Counted from the stretch's first letter, positions 1-10,394 are shown. The stretch: 64,000 nucleotides of DNA from an uncultured Chthonomonadaceae bacterium (GCA_963835065.1 CAWIEK010000053.1:256001-320000); one strand, 5' to 3'. Numbers and translations: made by a program. The notes: generated by a model from the letters alone, not told the origin.

Positions 1-629
1 GGATTGGACTGCGTTTTCAGATCGTCTAAAATGCCGAACAAGCGTTCCTCATCCAGTTCCTGCAGCTGCATACTCATGGCGTAGTAATTGACAAAACCCA
101 GGCGACGCGCTTCCCGGTTGCGCAGCCGCGCCAGATGCCGCACTTTGTCCGCAACCGCGCTGCCGACCGTTTTGCTGGCAAGCCAGGCTTCGCGGCGCAA
201 TTCAACATCATTGGAACGAATTAAAATGTCGTCAACGGCGTTGTCGCTGACGGGTTCGCCGTTTACAAGGGCGCGGTGGGCGTTGAATTGCTCCTCGATG
301 TCCACTTGCAGCCCAATCATCTCTTCAATGACCTGCGCATCCATCTGAAACGCCAGGTAATTGTTGAGCAAAAGCGCGTGTTGGCGGGCGAGGAGAGGGG
401 CTTGTAACTCGGACGCTGGCAGGGCCTGCAGGAAAGCATACTCCTGCGCGTTGGCGTACACTTTGGCAACATCCGCGCTCATTTGCGCCGAACGCTCTTT
501 GGCGGCTTCGCTGCCGGTTGTTTGCAGTTCCCACGCGGCGATATTGGAAGCGCGTATCAGCGGCTCTACGGTGGCTAAATGCCGGTCAATGAACTGCTGC
601 ATTTGCGCGTCTGCGGTGGCTGGAGTCAT
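1..629 (-). CDS. M2/M3-type zinc metallopeptidase (peptidyl-dipeptidase A-like), N-terminal part; runs off window start
   Basis: Manual translation from ATG 629: MTPATADAQMQQFIDRHL...SNDVELRREAWLASKTVG...LARLRNREARRLGFVNYYAMS, typical of M2/M3 N-terminal regions; HEXXH not in window. Confidence 0.7.
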   Translation of the reverse strand, partial: MTPATADAQMQQFIDRHLATVEPLIRASNIAAWELQTTGSEAAKERSAQMSADVAKVYANAQEYAFLQALPASELQAPLLARQHALLLNNYLAFQMDAQVIEEMIGLQVDIEEQFNAHRALVNGEPVSDNAVDDILIRSNDVELRREAWLASKTVGSAVADKVRHLARLRNREARRLGFVNYYAMSMQLQELDEERLFGILDDLKTQSN

Positions 630-815
630 CAGGAATTGTCCTTGTAAAATTTTGGATGTAGTATTGTACCCGGCACACTCCGCATTGACAGCACTCTATG
701 AAATACGGGGTTATCCCGGCAGTCTGTAGAATCGGAGATAATTCAGGGGCGGTGGCTACCGGTAAGTGTTCATAAATCCATAACTTGTCGAACCAGCGGG
801 AAGTCGAGCAAACAA

Positions 816-865
816 CGGATGAAGGATGAAAAGACAAGGATGAAGGATGAAGGATGAAGGATGAA
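816..865. repeat. GAAGGAT heptamer tandem array
   Basis: ggatgaaggatgaa...ggatgaaggatgaaggatgaaggatgaa. Confidence 0.9.
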
Positions 866-892
866 AGCGCCGGGAAAAGGGCATGTAGAAAA

Positions 893-1116
893 AAGAGTAT
901 GTAGAGTCATCGTCGAAATCTTGGCAATGCAGCGCTTCCAGCCCGATGTCTCGTTGTGTCAGGTTGTAGGAGAGAGGCGTCGTGACCTCGTAAGCATCAG
1001 GGCGAACGGGAGGGGTGTGGGAACATAGGACTGGCACCTCCCTTCCTGTGTGTCTAACATCTGCATAGTAGACGTTCGTACCACTATTTAGACGACTGTG
1101 TTGAGTTAAGGTTTCA
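893..1116 (-). ncRNA. Dispersed conserved element copy 1: candidate sRNA / micro-ORF (MFPHPSRSP, 1026..997) with ECF-type promoter
   Basis: Near-identical to 42173-42377; TGAAAC-N16-CGTCTAA at 1116-1088; SD GGAGGTG at 1041-1035. Confidence 0.5.
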
Positions 1117-1223
1117 CTTTTTTCGCGTTGTTTGGATTTTTTTGCGGAATTATTTTACCGAATTGTTTTTGTTGGCTGGTTGCTGTTGGCGTTGTGTGAA
1201 GAACGGTGCAGGACGCTTGCTTA

Positions 1224-1315
1224 GAGCCTATCCCAGTAGGCCGGGTATTGAAAATACCCGGCAGGAAAGTGCAAGCGTCTTTCAGACGCGAATTCCCGAC
1301 TATCGGGATAGGCTC
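1224..1315. mobile_element. MITE-like element with 11-bp perfect terminal IR and TTA flanking duplication, carrying a REP-like arm
   Basis: TTA|GAGCCTATCCC...GGGATAGGCTC|TTA. Confidence 0.65.
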
Positions 1316-1537
1316 TTAGTATCCGTACATCTATCACGTCCCGGTGGGCGCAGCAAGCAACGCCCCTGCGTTCGTGAAGTTAATAATTTACAGACCCTAA
1401 GTGCGGGGTTATTCGGCCTTACCCATGAAAGCAGACAGCCACAGGCACATTCAGACAACCTATGCTATAATGTCAAACGGACGCAACCGGTATCTGGCGC
1501 GGCAAGATCGCCCGGTTCGGTTGGAGGGGAACCTACC

Positions 1538-1846
1538 ATGATTAGCGAAACGCTTCCACTATCTGTCGAATCGGAGACAGTTCAGGGACAATGGCTGCCG
1601 GTAACGATGATGGAGTTGAGTACAGACGACACGCCCCGTTTAACATTCAGCGTTGTTATGACGTTGCGCAATGGAAATACGCGGCACGGCATCAGCACAG
1701 CGCTTGTGACCGATGCGCGTTTATTGCAGCGTCTGCGTGACGAGGTTCACTCTGGCGATCAAATGGAGGTTTGCATCCAAACGGATTGGGAAGCCGAGGA
1801 TATTCCGACCACTTTGCTGGATTTCGTACTGTGCAATCGCGGATAA
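1538..1846 (+). CDS. Hypothetical protein (102 aa)
   Basis: GGAGGGG SD before ATG 1538; followed by a terminator. Confidence 0.6.
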   Translation: MISETLPLSVESETVQGQWLPVTMMELSTDDTPRLTFSVVMTLRNGNTRHGISTALVTDARLLQRLRDEVHSGDQMEVCIQTDWEAEDIPTTLLDFVLCNRG

Positions 1847-1847
1847 T

Positions 1848-1887
1848 AAAACAGGCTGGAAGCGAAATTTGCTTCCGGCCTGTTTTT
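1848..1887. terminator. Bidirectional intrinsic terminator
   Basis: aaaacaggctggaagc / gcttccggcctgtttt between convergent genes. Confidence 0.75.
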
Positions 1888-1932
1888 GCGTTTCTGGCTT
1901 GTGCTGGTGGGCATCAAACCGCTTTGTCAAGG

Positions 1933-2607
1933 TTAGGCGCGACGCTTTCGGCTTTGGTGGCACAGCAGGCCGCTTCCCGCCATCAGGCTTGCCAGGAGGG
2001 CGATATTGCCGGGTTCGGGAACGGCGGCAATTGTCGGCGCGGCAATCGTCAGGGGAGTTCCGCCGCCTGCCGGGGATTGGGTATCATCGCTGGCGAAGGC
2101 TTGCAAGTTCAGCGGGTCGCCTGTCAAGTCGGTGAGCAGGAACACATCGGAGCCGACGTTGGCAAGTCCGAGGGTGGGCAGTTCCGTGCCGCTGCTGTCG
2201 AGAATGGCAAACGTGAACTCGTCCGGCGTGCCGCTTGCGTCGGCCCTATTGGTCAGCGTCAGGTCGAAGTCCAGTACGCTGCCCGGCGTGAACTCCTGCG
2301 CGAAATCGTTGAGCAGGCCGGTATCGGTCAGCGTCACGCTGGAAGCGAGATTGCCGGTCACGCCGCCCATTGCCGTCGGAGTCCCGGCTCCACTCCCCCC
2401 GCCGAAGGCGAAGTTGAACAGCCGAACCGTATTGTTGGCGTCACCGGGCGTATTGCCGCTGCCGTCCGTAAACTGGAAGTTCAGAGCAAACGGTCCCGCT
2501 GCGTGGCCGACAAGTGGCGAGGTGTCCATGCGGATGTGGTAAGCCTGCGTTTGCGCATGGCACAGGGTTCCTATGCACAGCAAACTTAACGTGGAAAGCA
2601 GGCGCAT
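1933..2607 (-). CDS. PEP-CTERM surface protein
   Basis: Signal peptide MRLLSTLSLLCIGTLCHA; C-terminal AVPEPG, TM segment, basic tail RKRRA. Confidence 0.85.
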   Translation of the reverse strand: MRLLSTLSLLCIGTLCHAQTQAYHIRMDTSPLVGHAAGPFALNFQFTDGSGNTPGDANNTVRLFNFAFGGGSGAGTPTAMGGVTGNLASSVTLTDTGLLNDFAQEFTPGSVLDFDLTLTNRADASGTPDEFTFAILDSSGTELPTLGLANVGSDVFLLTDLTGDPLNLQAFASDDTQSPAGGGTPLTIAAPTIAAVPEPGNIALLASLMAGSGLLCHQSRKRRA

Positions 2608-2657
2608 GGCATAGGCGCTTTTATGCGCCGGTATGCAAAAATAGTGTGGCAAAGGTT

Positions 2658-4278
2658 TCAAGGCTGGGTTCCTCCGGCGAGAATGCGCGTAGTGTAAGTG
2701 AACGCCCGATTGGACGGATTGCTGAACTGCAGAGTGATCGGTGACGCTGGCTCCCGGCGCGAGGCGATTGCCTGTCGTCGGATATACGTTCATATAGGGG
2801 CTGTTGAACGGCGCAAGCGATTGGGTAAGGCCGTTCGCGGAAGCCAGCGTGACGCCAGGCGGCAGGCCGTCAAGAGCGAGAAACACACTGCCCGGAATGG
2901 ACGCGGACGACGTGTTTTTCAGCGTGATTTGCTGCGCGTACAGGTTCGTGCCGCGGTTGAAACGCAGGCCGCCCCGCGTAACGCGCATCTGTGAGGTGAC
3001 ATCATGCAGGCCACGATTGTTCAGCAGGACGCTGGCATCGCCGCTGGTAAAGTTTGCCGTGACGAGGTCGGGAAAGCCATCGCCGTTGAAATCCCCAACG
3101 GCCAGCCAGTTCGGGCCAATCCCGTTGATGGCATAGGTTTGCAAATCCCCGAATGTGCCATCCCCGTTGCCGGGCAGAACGCTCACCGAGTTGCTGGTAT
3201 AGTTGGCGGTGACGAGGTCCAGTTTGCCGTCGCCGTTGATATCCACGATGACGAGGCCGTCCGGTCCCGATCCACTGCCGGTGGAAATAATCTGCTGGCT
3301 TTGAAACGTTCCGTCGCCGTTTCCGAAATAAACGCTCACATTGTCGTCGCTGTAGCCGGGAACCACGACATCCAGATTGCCGTCGTGGTTCAGGTCGGCG
3401 ACGGCAACGGCATACGGGTTCTGGCCGACCGGCAGATCGCTGGAAGCGCCGAACGTGCCGTCGCCGTTGTTGAGCAGCGTGGAAAAGGTTCCGCCGTAGG
3501 AGTTGGCGGTGACAATATCGAGTTTGCCGTCGTGGTTGAGATCGGCGAGGACAATAGCCTGCGGGCCGCTCCCGGCATTGTAAAGCTGAACCGTTTGAAA
3601 GGTTCCATCCCCGTTGCCAAACAGGACGCCAACGGTATCATTTTCGTAGTTGGCGGTGACGATATCCGGCTTGCCGTCGCCGTTCACGTCCCCAATAGCA
3701 ACGCCTTCCGGCACGGCATCCGTTGCGAACGTCAGGGGCGACTGAAACGTTCCATCCCCATTGCCAAGCAGGACGCTGACATTGCCGTTTGTGGTGCTGG
3801 CGGTCACAATATCCGGCTTGCCATCGCCGTTCACATCCGCGACAGCCATGCTTTCCGGCCTGCTTCCGACGGCAAATTCCAGCGGGTCCTGAAAGGTTCC
3901 ATCGCCGTTGCCAAGCAGGACGCTGACGCTGCTGACTCGCCGGTTCACAACGGCAATGTCGGGAATGCCATCGTGGTTGAAATCGGCAACCACAGACGCA
4001 TACGCCCCGAAATCCGTTGTATACTCATCACTCGGCCCGAAAAGCGGACGCTGCTGCGCCTGCGCCTGCCGAGACAGGCCGGACAGGGCAAACAAAGTAA
4101 ACAGCATCGCAAGCGCGGCTAAACGGTTGATAGTTGATAGTTGATAGTTGATAGGGAGGCAGGAACTACGAACTTTCAGCGCCCCTCTGGTTAGACGCAT
4201 ACCTTGCGTACATGGAATAGCGCGGCGAATACCGCGTCGGATTCGCGCTGCGTCAGTCAAAACAAAAACGGCGGACAT
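2658..4278 (-). CDS. FG-GAP/VCBS repeat protein (one-base frameshift near 2740)
   Basis: Seven DxNxDGxxD / LLGNGDGTF repeats; corrected end LQFSNPSNRAFTYTTRILAGGTQP* matches the end of paralog 4358..5812. Confidence 0.85.
4128..4181. repeat. GATAGTT heptamer palindromic element, in frame in the FG-GAP N-terminus
   Basis: gatagtt x3 plus ggcaggaactacgaactttcagcgc; related copies at 31577 and 61946. Confidence 0.75.
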
Positions 4279-4357
4279 AAGAACTCCTTTGTGTGATGCC
4301 GGATGGTCGGCGGGTGGGGCAAACGGTCAAGCCGCCCTACCCGCCGACAGGTAAACG

Positions 4358-5812
4358 TCAGGGCTGAACGCCGCCCGCAAGAATGCGAGGCGTGTAGCTG
4401 ATGGCGCGGTTGGACGGATTGCGGAACTGAAGCGTGACCGATACGGTTTTTCCCGGCGCTAACCCGCCGGCAGGCATGTACACGCGCATATAGGGGCTGT
4501 TGAGTGGCCTTAAGTTTTGCGTCGCGCCGTTCGCGGAAGCAAGCGTTACGCCGGGTGTCAGGCTGTCGAGCGCGAGGAACAGGCTGCCGCTAAACGTATT
4601 CAGTCCCGTATTTTTGAGTATGACCCGCTGCGTGTACAGCGTCGTACCGGTTCCGCGCAGGGGCGTACTGCCGGACACGGAGAACTCCGAACTGACGTTG
4701 GCTCCCCCCTCGTTGTTAAGCAGAACGCTGATGGAATTGTCTGTCGCGTTCGTGGTAATGATGTCGGGCTGTCCATCGCCGTTGAGGTCGGCAAGCACAA
4801 CCGCAACTGGGCCTGCCCCCGCGCGCGAAGGCGTGGGATCGTTCACTCCTCCACCCAACAATCCGCGCAGGACGTTGACCTGATTGTTGGCCGTGTCCGT
4901 TATCACATAATCGGGCAGGCCGTCGTCATTGAGGTTGGCAATGGCAAGACTGCTCGCATTGCTGCCGCCATCAAAGAGCGCGTCCTGAAAGGTTCCATCC
5001 CCATTCCCAAACCGTGTGCGCAAGTCCGCGCCGCCGTTCGCAATCACAAGGTCGGGTATGCCATCAACGTTTACATCGGCAACCACGACAGCAAGCGGGT
5101 TGGGCGGAGTGGAAAGCGTAGGCGCGGGAGTGAAGGTTCCATCCCCGTTGCCAAGCAGAACGCTGAGGGTTGCATCGCCGTAATTGGGCGTGACAATGTT
5201 GAGGCTGCCGTCGCCGTTGAGATCGGCAAGGACGACGTTACGGGGTTGGCTGCCGACAGCCAGGGTCGTTCGGGGCTGAAACGCGCCGTTGCCCTTGCCG
5301 ATGAGGAGGCTGACGGTATTATCACCGGCATCAGCGGTGAGAATGTCGGGCTTCCCGTCGCCGTTCACATCGCCAATTGCAAGGCCGTCAGGATTATTGC
5401 CGACGGGAAGAACGGTTTGGGGCTGGAAGGTTCCGTTGCCGTTGCCGCGCAGCAGGGAAACGGTATTGTCAGCAGCGTTGACCGTGACAATATCGAGTTT
5501 GCCGTCGCCATCAAGGTCGGCAAGGACGATGCCGCGAGGATTGTTGCCGACAGGAACGATTCTCTGCGGCTGGAAGGTTCCGTTGCCGTTGCCAAGCAGG
5601 ATACTGACCGAAGCGTTGCCGGCATTGGCGGTCACAATATCGGGGATGCCGTCGCCATTGACATCTCCGACAGCAGACGCAGAGGGATGGAGGCCGACAC
5701 CGGTGTTGATTGCCGGCTGAAACAGAATGGGCGGATTGATGCACCCGGACAGCGCGAACGCGGCGAAGCCGAGCAGCGCGCCGGGAAGCGCGAGTGAGCG
5801 TGTGCGATACAT
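4358..5812 (-). CDS. FG-GAP/VCBS repeat lipoprotein
   Basis: Lipobox ALSGC; repeated DVNGDG / LLGNGNGTF motifs. Confidence 0.85.
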   Translation of the reverse strand: MYRTRSLALPGALLGFAAFALSGCINPPILFQPAINTGVGLHPSASAVGDVNGDGIPDIVTANAGNASVSILLGNGNGTFQPQRIVPVGNNPRGIVLADLDGDGKLDIVTVNAADNTVSLLRGNGNGTFQPQTVLPVGNNPDGLAIGDVNGDGKPDILTADAGDNTVSLLIGKGNGAFQPRTTLAVGSQPRNVVLADLNGDGSLNIVTPNYGDATLSVLLGNGDGTFTPAPTLSTPPNPLAVVVADVNVDGIPDLVIANGGADLRTRFGNGDGTFQDALFDGGSNASSLAIANLNDDGLPDYVITDTANNQVNVLRGLLGGGVNDPTPSRAGAGPVAVVLADLNGDGQPDIITTNATDNSISVLLNNEGGANVSSEFSVSGSTPLRGTGTTLYTQRVILKNTGLNTFSGSLFLALDSLTPGVTLASANGATQNLRPLNSPYMRVYMPAGGLAPGKTVSVTLQFRNPSNRAISYTPRILAGGVQP

Positions 5813-6301
5813 AATCGTGGTTTCCTTGTCAAACTGAGAATGGGACGCTATCGAAGGGAGTATACAAATCCATCGTGATACTTTCGTAACATCTGCGTGA
5901 TATTTAGGGAACACACGCGCTATTTTGCGGCAGGAGCGTACAAGGACCAACCTCGTTGACAGTTTGGGAGAGGTTGGAGAGGCTTCCGGGAGTTTGATAA
6001 GAATACTATTTCAGAATTCATACGGATTCAGCTTGTCCCGGCTGAAGATGCCGGACATTTCTGCCAAAAATAGAGCCGCATCCAGCGAAGTTGTCCAAAC
6101 GCTCTCCTCCGCGCGTGTTCGGACACTCGTTCGCAAAACGGCGTTCGGTCAGGAAGCCCATCTCCTGACTGAACGCCGTTTTGTATTCCAACTGAAAGTT
6201 TTCCCTGCGTCCCGCCTCCCAACTTCCCGATAATTCTACAGGTAATAATCCAGCATTAAGACAGTCTCTTGCGCCGGAGATTGTAAAGCCCCGGCAGGCA
6301 T

Positions 6302-6419
6302 CCGGGTACTGAAAGTACCCGGCAAGACAAAACAAGCGTCTTTCAGACGCGACACTCTATAAAGATTCCCGCGTCCGCAGGACGCTTGTACTTTCCTGCC
6401 GGGGATTTTCAATCCCCGG
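6302..6419. repeat. REPIN-like inverted doublet of REP arms
   Basis: ccgggtactgaaagtacccggca..caagcgtctttcagacgcg and inverted cgcgtccgcaggacgcttgtactttcctgccggggattttcaatccccgg; same arm at 1240-1290. Confidence 0.7.
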
Positions 6420-6437
6420 TATCGTTGGGAGTTGCGT

Positions 6438-9012
6438 ATGCGCCGCCTCTTTCTTTTATTCTTCCTGTTTGTTTCCGTTGCCGCTTGCGCGCAGGAAAAG
6501 CCCCCGCCTCCCATCGGGCCACATATCGAGCAGATTGGGCCGCACAATACGATTACCGTTCAGGCGGTGGGCGAACCGGGGCATTATATCGGATTTGATG
6601 TGCTTGCGGACGGCAAATTGGCCGCGCCCGTTCGCTTCACATCCCGTGAGTTGATCTTCAGCGCGGATGCTGCTAGCCGCCAACAAGGGCGCTGCGTCCA
6701 CGCTTGTCTTTGACAATCTGCAAGCCGCGCCCGATTGCGGGCTTGCTTTACAGCACAGCCGCGTTGTCGTGACGCTTGTACAGCAGCAATTCCCCACCGT
6801 CGCCTTCGACCTCAATCTCACTTCGTTTTCGTCTCGCGAGTGGCAGCAGGCGATTGGCTTGCAGCCGTTCCACTTTCTCACGTTGGGACTGCCGGAAGCG
6901 ACGGTATGGCATCAGCGGGGCTGGCTGTTTGCCACGCCACGCGCCGATTTGTTTCCCCTCCTGCTCGATGTTCACGCCGGAATGCCCGAACTTTCCGCTT
7001 CCTACAACCACGAATGGAGCGCGACTCCGCCCCTGTCCGCCCATGCTTTGCCCGTTGTCGGGTTGTGGTCTCCCGCCCGAAAATTGTACATCGGCTGGGA
7101 TTTTCAGGCTTCGCGCATAGGTGACAATTCCGAGCGCGACATTGCCACCGGCTTCTGCAATCGCCTGATTGTTCCGGTTGAACCGCGCATCCGCCAGCCT
7201 ATCGAAGAAACACAGCCGCCCGCTTCGCCCCTCCCGGACGCGGACGCGCCCCGCAGCCGCAATGGAAAGCCGCCGTCCCATCGTGACCCGCGCACTCGCC
7301 GCCCGCTTTCCTATGACCAGCAGGCAAGCCGGGAACTGGATCACAGCGGCGTGGGTAAATTCGTCGCGCTCGTGTACCCGCAGGGCGGCGCAGACGCGCG
7401 GCAGCCTGCCTATCCCAAAGCCGGAACACGATTGTCCTCCCGCGCCACGCTTACGTTCAACACGGATTTAAGCGATACGGATGATCCCAACCGCTTTTTG
7501 TGGCAGAACTGGTGGAACACGCCTTCCATTTACAGCCATCTGGCAAACGTGCCGCTTGTCAACGATCTGAGTTGGCTGCCCACATCAACACTCCTGCAAA
7601 CGCTCACGCCCGCTCCTCAAAACAGCCTGCTTACCGTTGCCGATGACCAGTACCACATCCCCGGTTCCCTGCTGCTGGCCGGCCAAAACACGCTCAACGA
7701 AAGCCAAGTGGAAACCGCCTTTCATACCGACAGCCAAACCCAATTGACACAACTGCAAGCCGACGCGCAAACCCTGCTCCACTACGCCAAACATTTCACC
7801 CTTGACAAAGAACCCTGCGTCTATTGGGAACAGCCGCTTGCCGGCGAATGGACAACGCAATGGGGCGGCGAACCCGCCACCACCCTCCATTCTCACAGCG
7901 GGTGGGCGGCGGCGCGGCTGTTGCTGGACTTGTATAAAGAGGAGAAAAGAAGAAGAGAAGAAGAGAAGAAGAGAAGAAAAGCAGAGCAAAACGAACATAC
8001 CTCTGCGAGTTTGCTAACGCAGGAAGGGGAGAAGCATCCCAACTCTTCTCTTCTTCCTACAATAGACGGTGTTTTCAACTGGACAAAGCGCGTCGTCTGG
8101 ACGCGGGGGCGGTTGGGCGATTCGCCTGCGTCGGCAAGCGTGGAGGATGGCGCGTCGGCGATTGCGTTTTTGCTGGATTATTATTTCACCTTCAAAGACG
8201 ATCTGACGGAGGACGCCCACCATACGCGGGCTTTGCAGGCGTTGGAACTGGCGCGTACTTTTGCGTACCGTTATCTGATTATGTGGACGGGTAATGGGGA
8301 TAGTGGCGGCGCTGAGAACAGCGCGTTTTTGTGGGAGCGGCGTTCAGGACAGGAACCGGCAGGCGGGGCGCAAGACGGGGAGAACCTGGACGCGCTGGCG
8401 CAGGTGGCGGTGCATACCGGGGATCCTATTTTGATGTGGGCGCTTCGCGGCAGCCTGTCGCGTGGCACAGCCCTGTTTCAGAACATGCCTCAACAAGCAG
8501 TAGTAAAGGAAGCCGCCGATCAGGAAAGAACACCGGGCACTACATTAACATCTACCGCAGCAAGCATGTCCCTGCACATGATGGAGCCGGTTGGCGACAC
8601 GCAGATGCGGGTGTTGTGCGGGGAACGGGCCGCGCTTGCCTTTGACCGCAACGCACAAACCCTGAACGTCCGCGATTATCGCTGCACAAGTTCGGGGGAC
8701 TTCGCGTTTACGCTGCGCGCAGGGGATACGTCACTGGTTTCCCCGGCGAATACGCGCCGGTTCAGCGTGACAATTACGTTCCCTTATGTGGATTTAAGCC
8801 GAAAAACGGTTGCCGTCCGGCATGGCAATGTCACGCAGAAAACGCTCGATCCGGGCGCGGAACTGATGCGGGAACCGGACGCGTTCTGGTCGTTGATTGT
8901 CCGCAACTTGCGCGATGGCGATACCGTTATTGTCGGCAAGCCGGATTTGAGCGCGGCAAACCGCCTGCCCGTTGCGCCTCCTCGTGCCACAATCAACGGT
9001 TTACTTCCCTGA
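6438..9012 (+). CDS. Large secreted hypothetical protein (frameshift near 6675)
   Basis: Signal peptide MRRLFLLFFLFVSVAACA in ORF 6432..6713 continues into ORF 6667..9012. Confidence 0.65.
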
Positions 9013-9050
9013 GTTACTGCCGACTTTTACAATTTCCCGACCTGATTGGT

Positions 9051-9210
9051 AACTCTTCACCACCAAGACGCCAAGAACACCAAGATAATACAGGCCACTC
9101 AAAAGTCTTAGACATGGAAGATAGTTTCGTTCTCTCCTGCAATTTCACAACGTCTTTCTTATCGTTCTTCTCGTTTCCTTGGTGTTCTTAGTGTCTTGGT
9201 GGTGAAGAGT
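9051..9210. repeat. Palindromic element with ~33-bp arms of 9-nt period
   Basis: actcttcaccaccaagacgccaagaacaccaag / cttggtgttcttagtgtcttggtggtgaagagt. Confidence 0.85.
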
Positions 9211-9225
9211 CACCGGAATTGTTTC

Positions 9226-9254
9226 GCAACCAATCTGCCGTTTGGCGCGTCTAA
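9226..9254 (+). promoter_or_regulatory. Putative ECF-sigma promoter
   Basis: GCAACC-N16-CGTCTAA upstream of the 9554 gene. Confidence 0.4.
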
Positions 9255-9553
9255 TAGGGTGAGTGGAGCAAAGGCCGGCGCTCACGGGCGTTGTCCAATA
9301 TTATATTCATTTGCGGACGAACTTTTGCCCTCGTTGTTCTCGTCATTAGTGTCAGCCGTCAGCGTAATGCCTGTTCGTTCCTCAAGCCGAAATACGGTAT
9401 GTGTTCACCAATGTTCTGCTGTGTGACCTGCCGCATTGCCGACGCCTGTTTGCTCAGTTTGCATTTCTCCCCATAAACAAAGCCGCGCCGCCGCGTTTTG
9501 CCCTACATCCGTTTGCGCCTTGCAGCGCTTCGTATCAGGGTACGATTTAATAC

Positions 9554-10342
9554 GTGATTACCCGGACACGGCTACTTGAACGACAGAAGGACGGTTACAC
9601 CGTGCGAAAATGGAGCCGAGAGTCCATCGGGCTGGAAATCCGCCACATGTTTGAAGCCGGCGAAGATTTGAATTACGCCAGCATTGCGCAGGAGCAAGTC
9701 GCCCTGCTCCGCGCCGCCACCCGCTATTTTGGCTCGTGGCGCAGCGCGGTAGAATTCGCCGGGCTGAACTACGACGACATTCGCCGTTACAAAACCTGGA
9801 GCCGCGCCCGGATTTTGGAACGCATCCGCGAACTGCATGACAACGGCGAAGACCTGAGTTGGCGGCATGTCAGCACCAAAGTAGACCCGCAATTGGCGGC
9901 AGCCGCCACCAAGCGCAAGCATTTCGGATCATGGCGCGACGCGGTTGCGGCAGCCGGCCTGGATTACGGCATCATTCGCCGTTACCGCGAATGGGACGAG
10001 GCCACCATCAAAGCCAAACTTCATGAACTTCATGAGCAGGGCATTGATCTCAACGCCAAACATATCGAAGAGTACGACATTACGCTGATTACCGCCGCCC
10101 GCCGCCGTTTCGACAGTTGGGACAAGGCGCTCACGGCAGCGGGACTGGATTACAAGCAGATTGTGCTGCGCACCCCGTTCAAGCGCCGCCGTCCTCTTGC
10201 CGCGCCTGCCGGTACGCGCGCTTCCCACCGGGAAACCGAATCGGAACGCGCGGAACCATCTCCTGCCGCCGAAAAACACACCGAAGCGCAACACAAAACA
10301 GAACGTGGAGACGCCTCCTTAGTCGGCTCTTCCACGCGCTAA
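9554..10342 (+). CDS. Protein of three helical repeats (homing-endonuclease-associated-repeat-like), probable DNA binder
   Basis: Three W..E/R.I...I...(F)GSW..A...AGL(N/D)Y units. Confidence 0.7.
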   Translation: MITRTRLLERQKDGYTVRKWSRESIGLEIRHMFEAGEDLNYASIAQEQVALLRAATRYFGSWRSAVEFAGLNYDDIRRYKTWSRARILERIRELHDNGEDLSWRHVSTKVDPQLAAAATKRKHFGSWRDAVAAAGLDYGIIRRYREWDEATIKAKLHELHEQGIDLNAKHIEEYDITLITAARRRFDSWDKALTAAGLDYKQIVLRTPFKRRRPLAAPAGTRASHRETESERAEPSPAAEKHTEAQHKTERGDASLVGSSTR

Positions 10343-10356
10343 TGGACGAATCAGAA

Positions 10357-10394
10357 CAATAGCCCGAACTTTCAAAGGAAAGTTCGGGCTATTG
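10357..10394. terminator. Bidirectional terminator
   Basis: 17-bp perfect IR caatagcccgaactttc / gaaagttcgggctattg. Confidence 0.8.

Noticed and set aside
756..1037. 93-aa ORF over the duplicated element
   Set aside because: Differences from copy 2 are mostly nonsynonymous, third positions are nearly invariant and the frame is broken; conservation is at nucleotide level
1142..1537. N-terminal extension of the 234-aa ORF
   Set aside because: Runs through MITE/REP repeats; a strong SD precedes ATG 1538
1933..4278. 781-aa FG-GAP / PEP-CTERM fusion ORF
   Set aside because: One extra base near 2740 hides the FG-GAP stop at 2658; the corrected end matches the paralog and the PEP-CTERM gene has its own signal peptide
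3004..5797. Long plus-strand ORFs opposite the FG-GAP genes (and similar shadows opposite polA, ABC, his and DUF1501 genes)
   Set aside because: Antisense shadows expected from GC3-rich codon usage; no recognisable motifs
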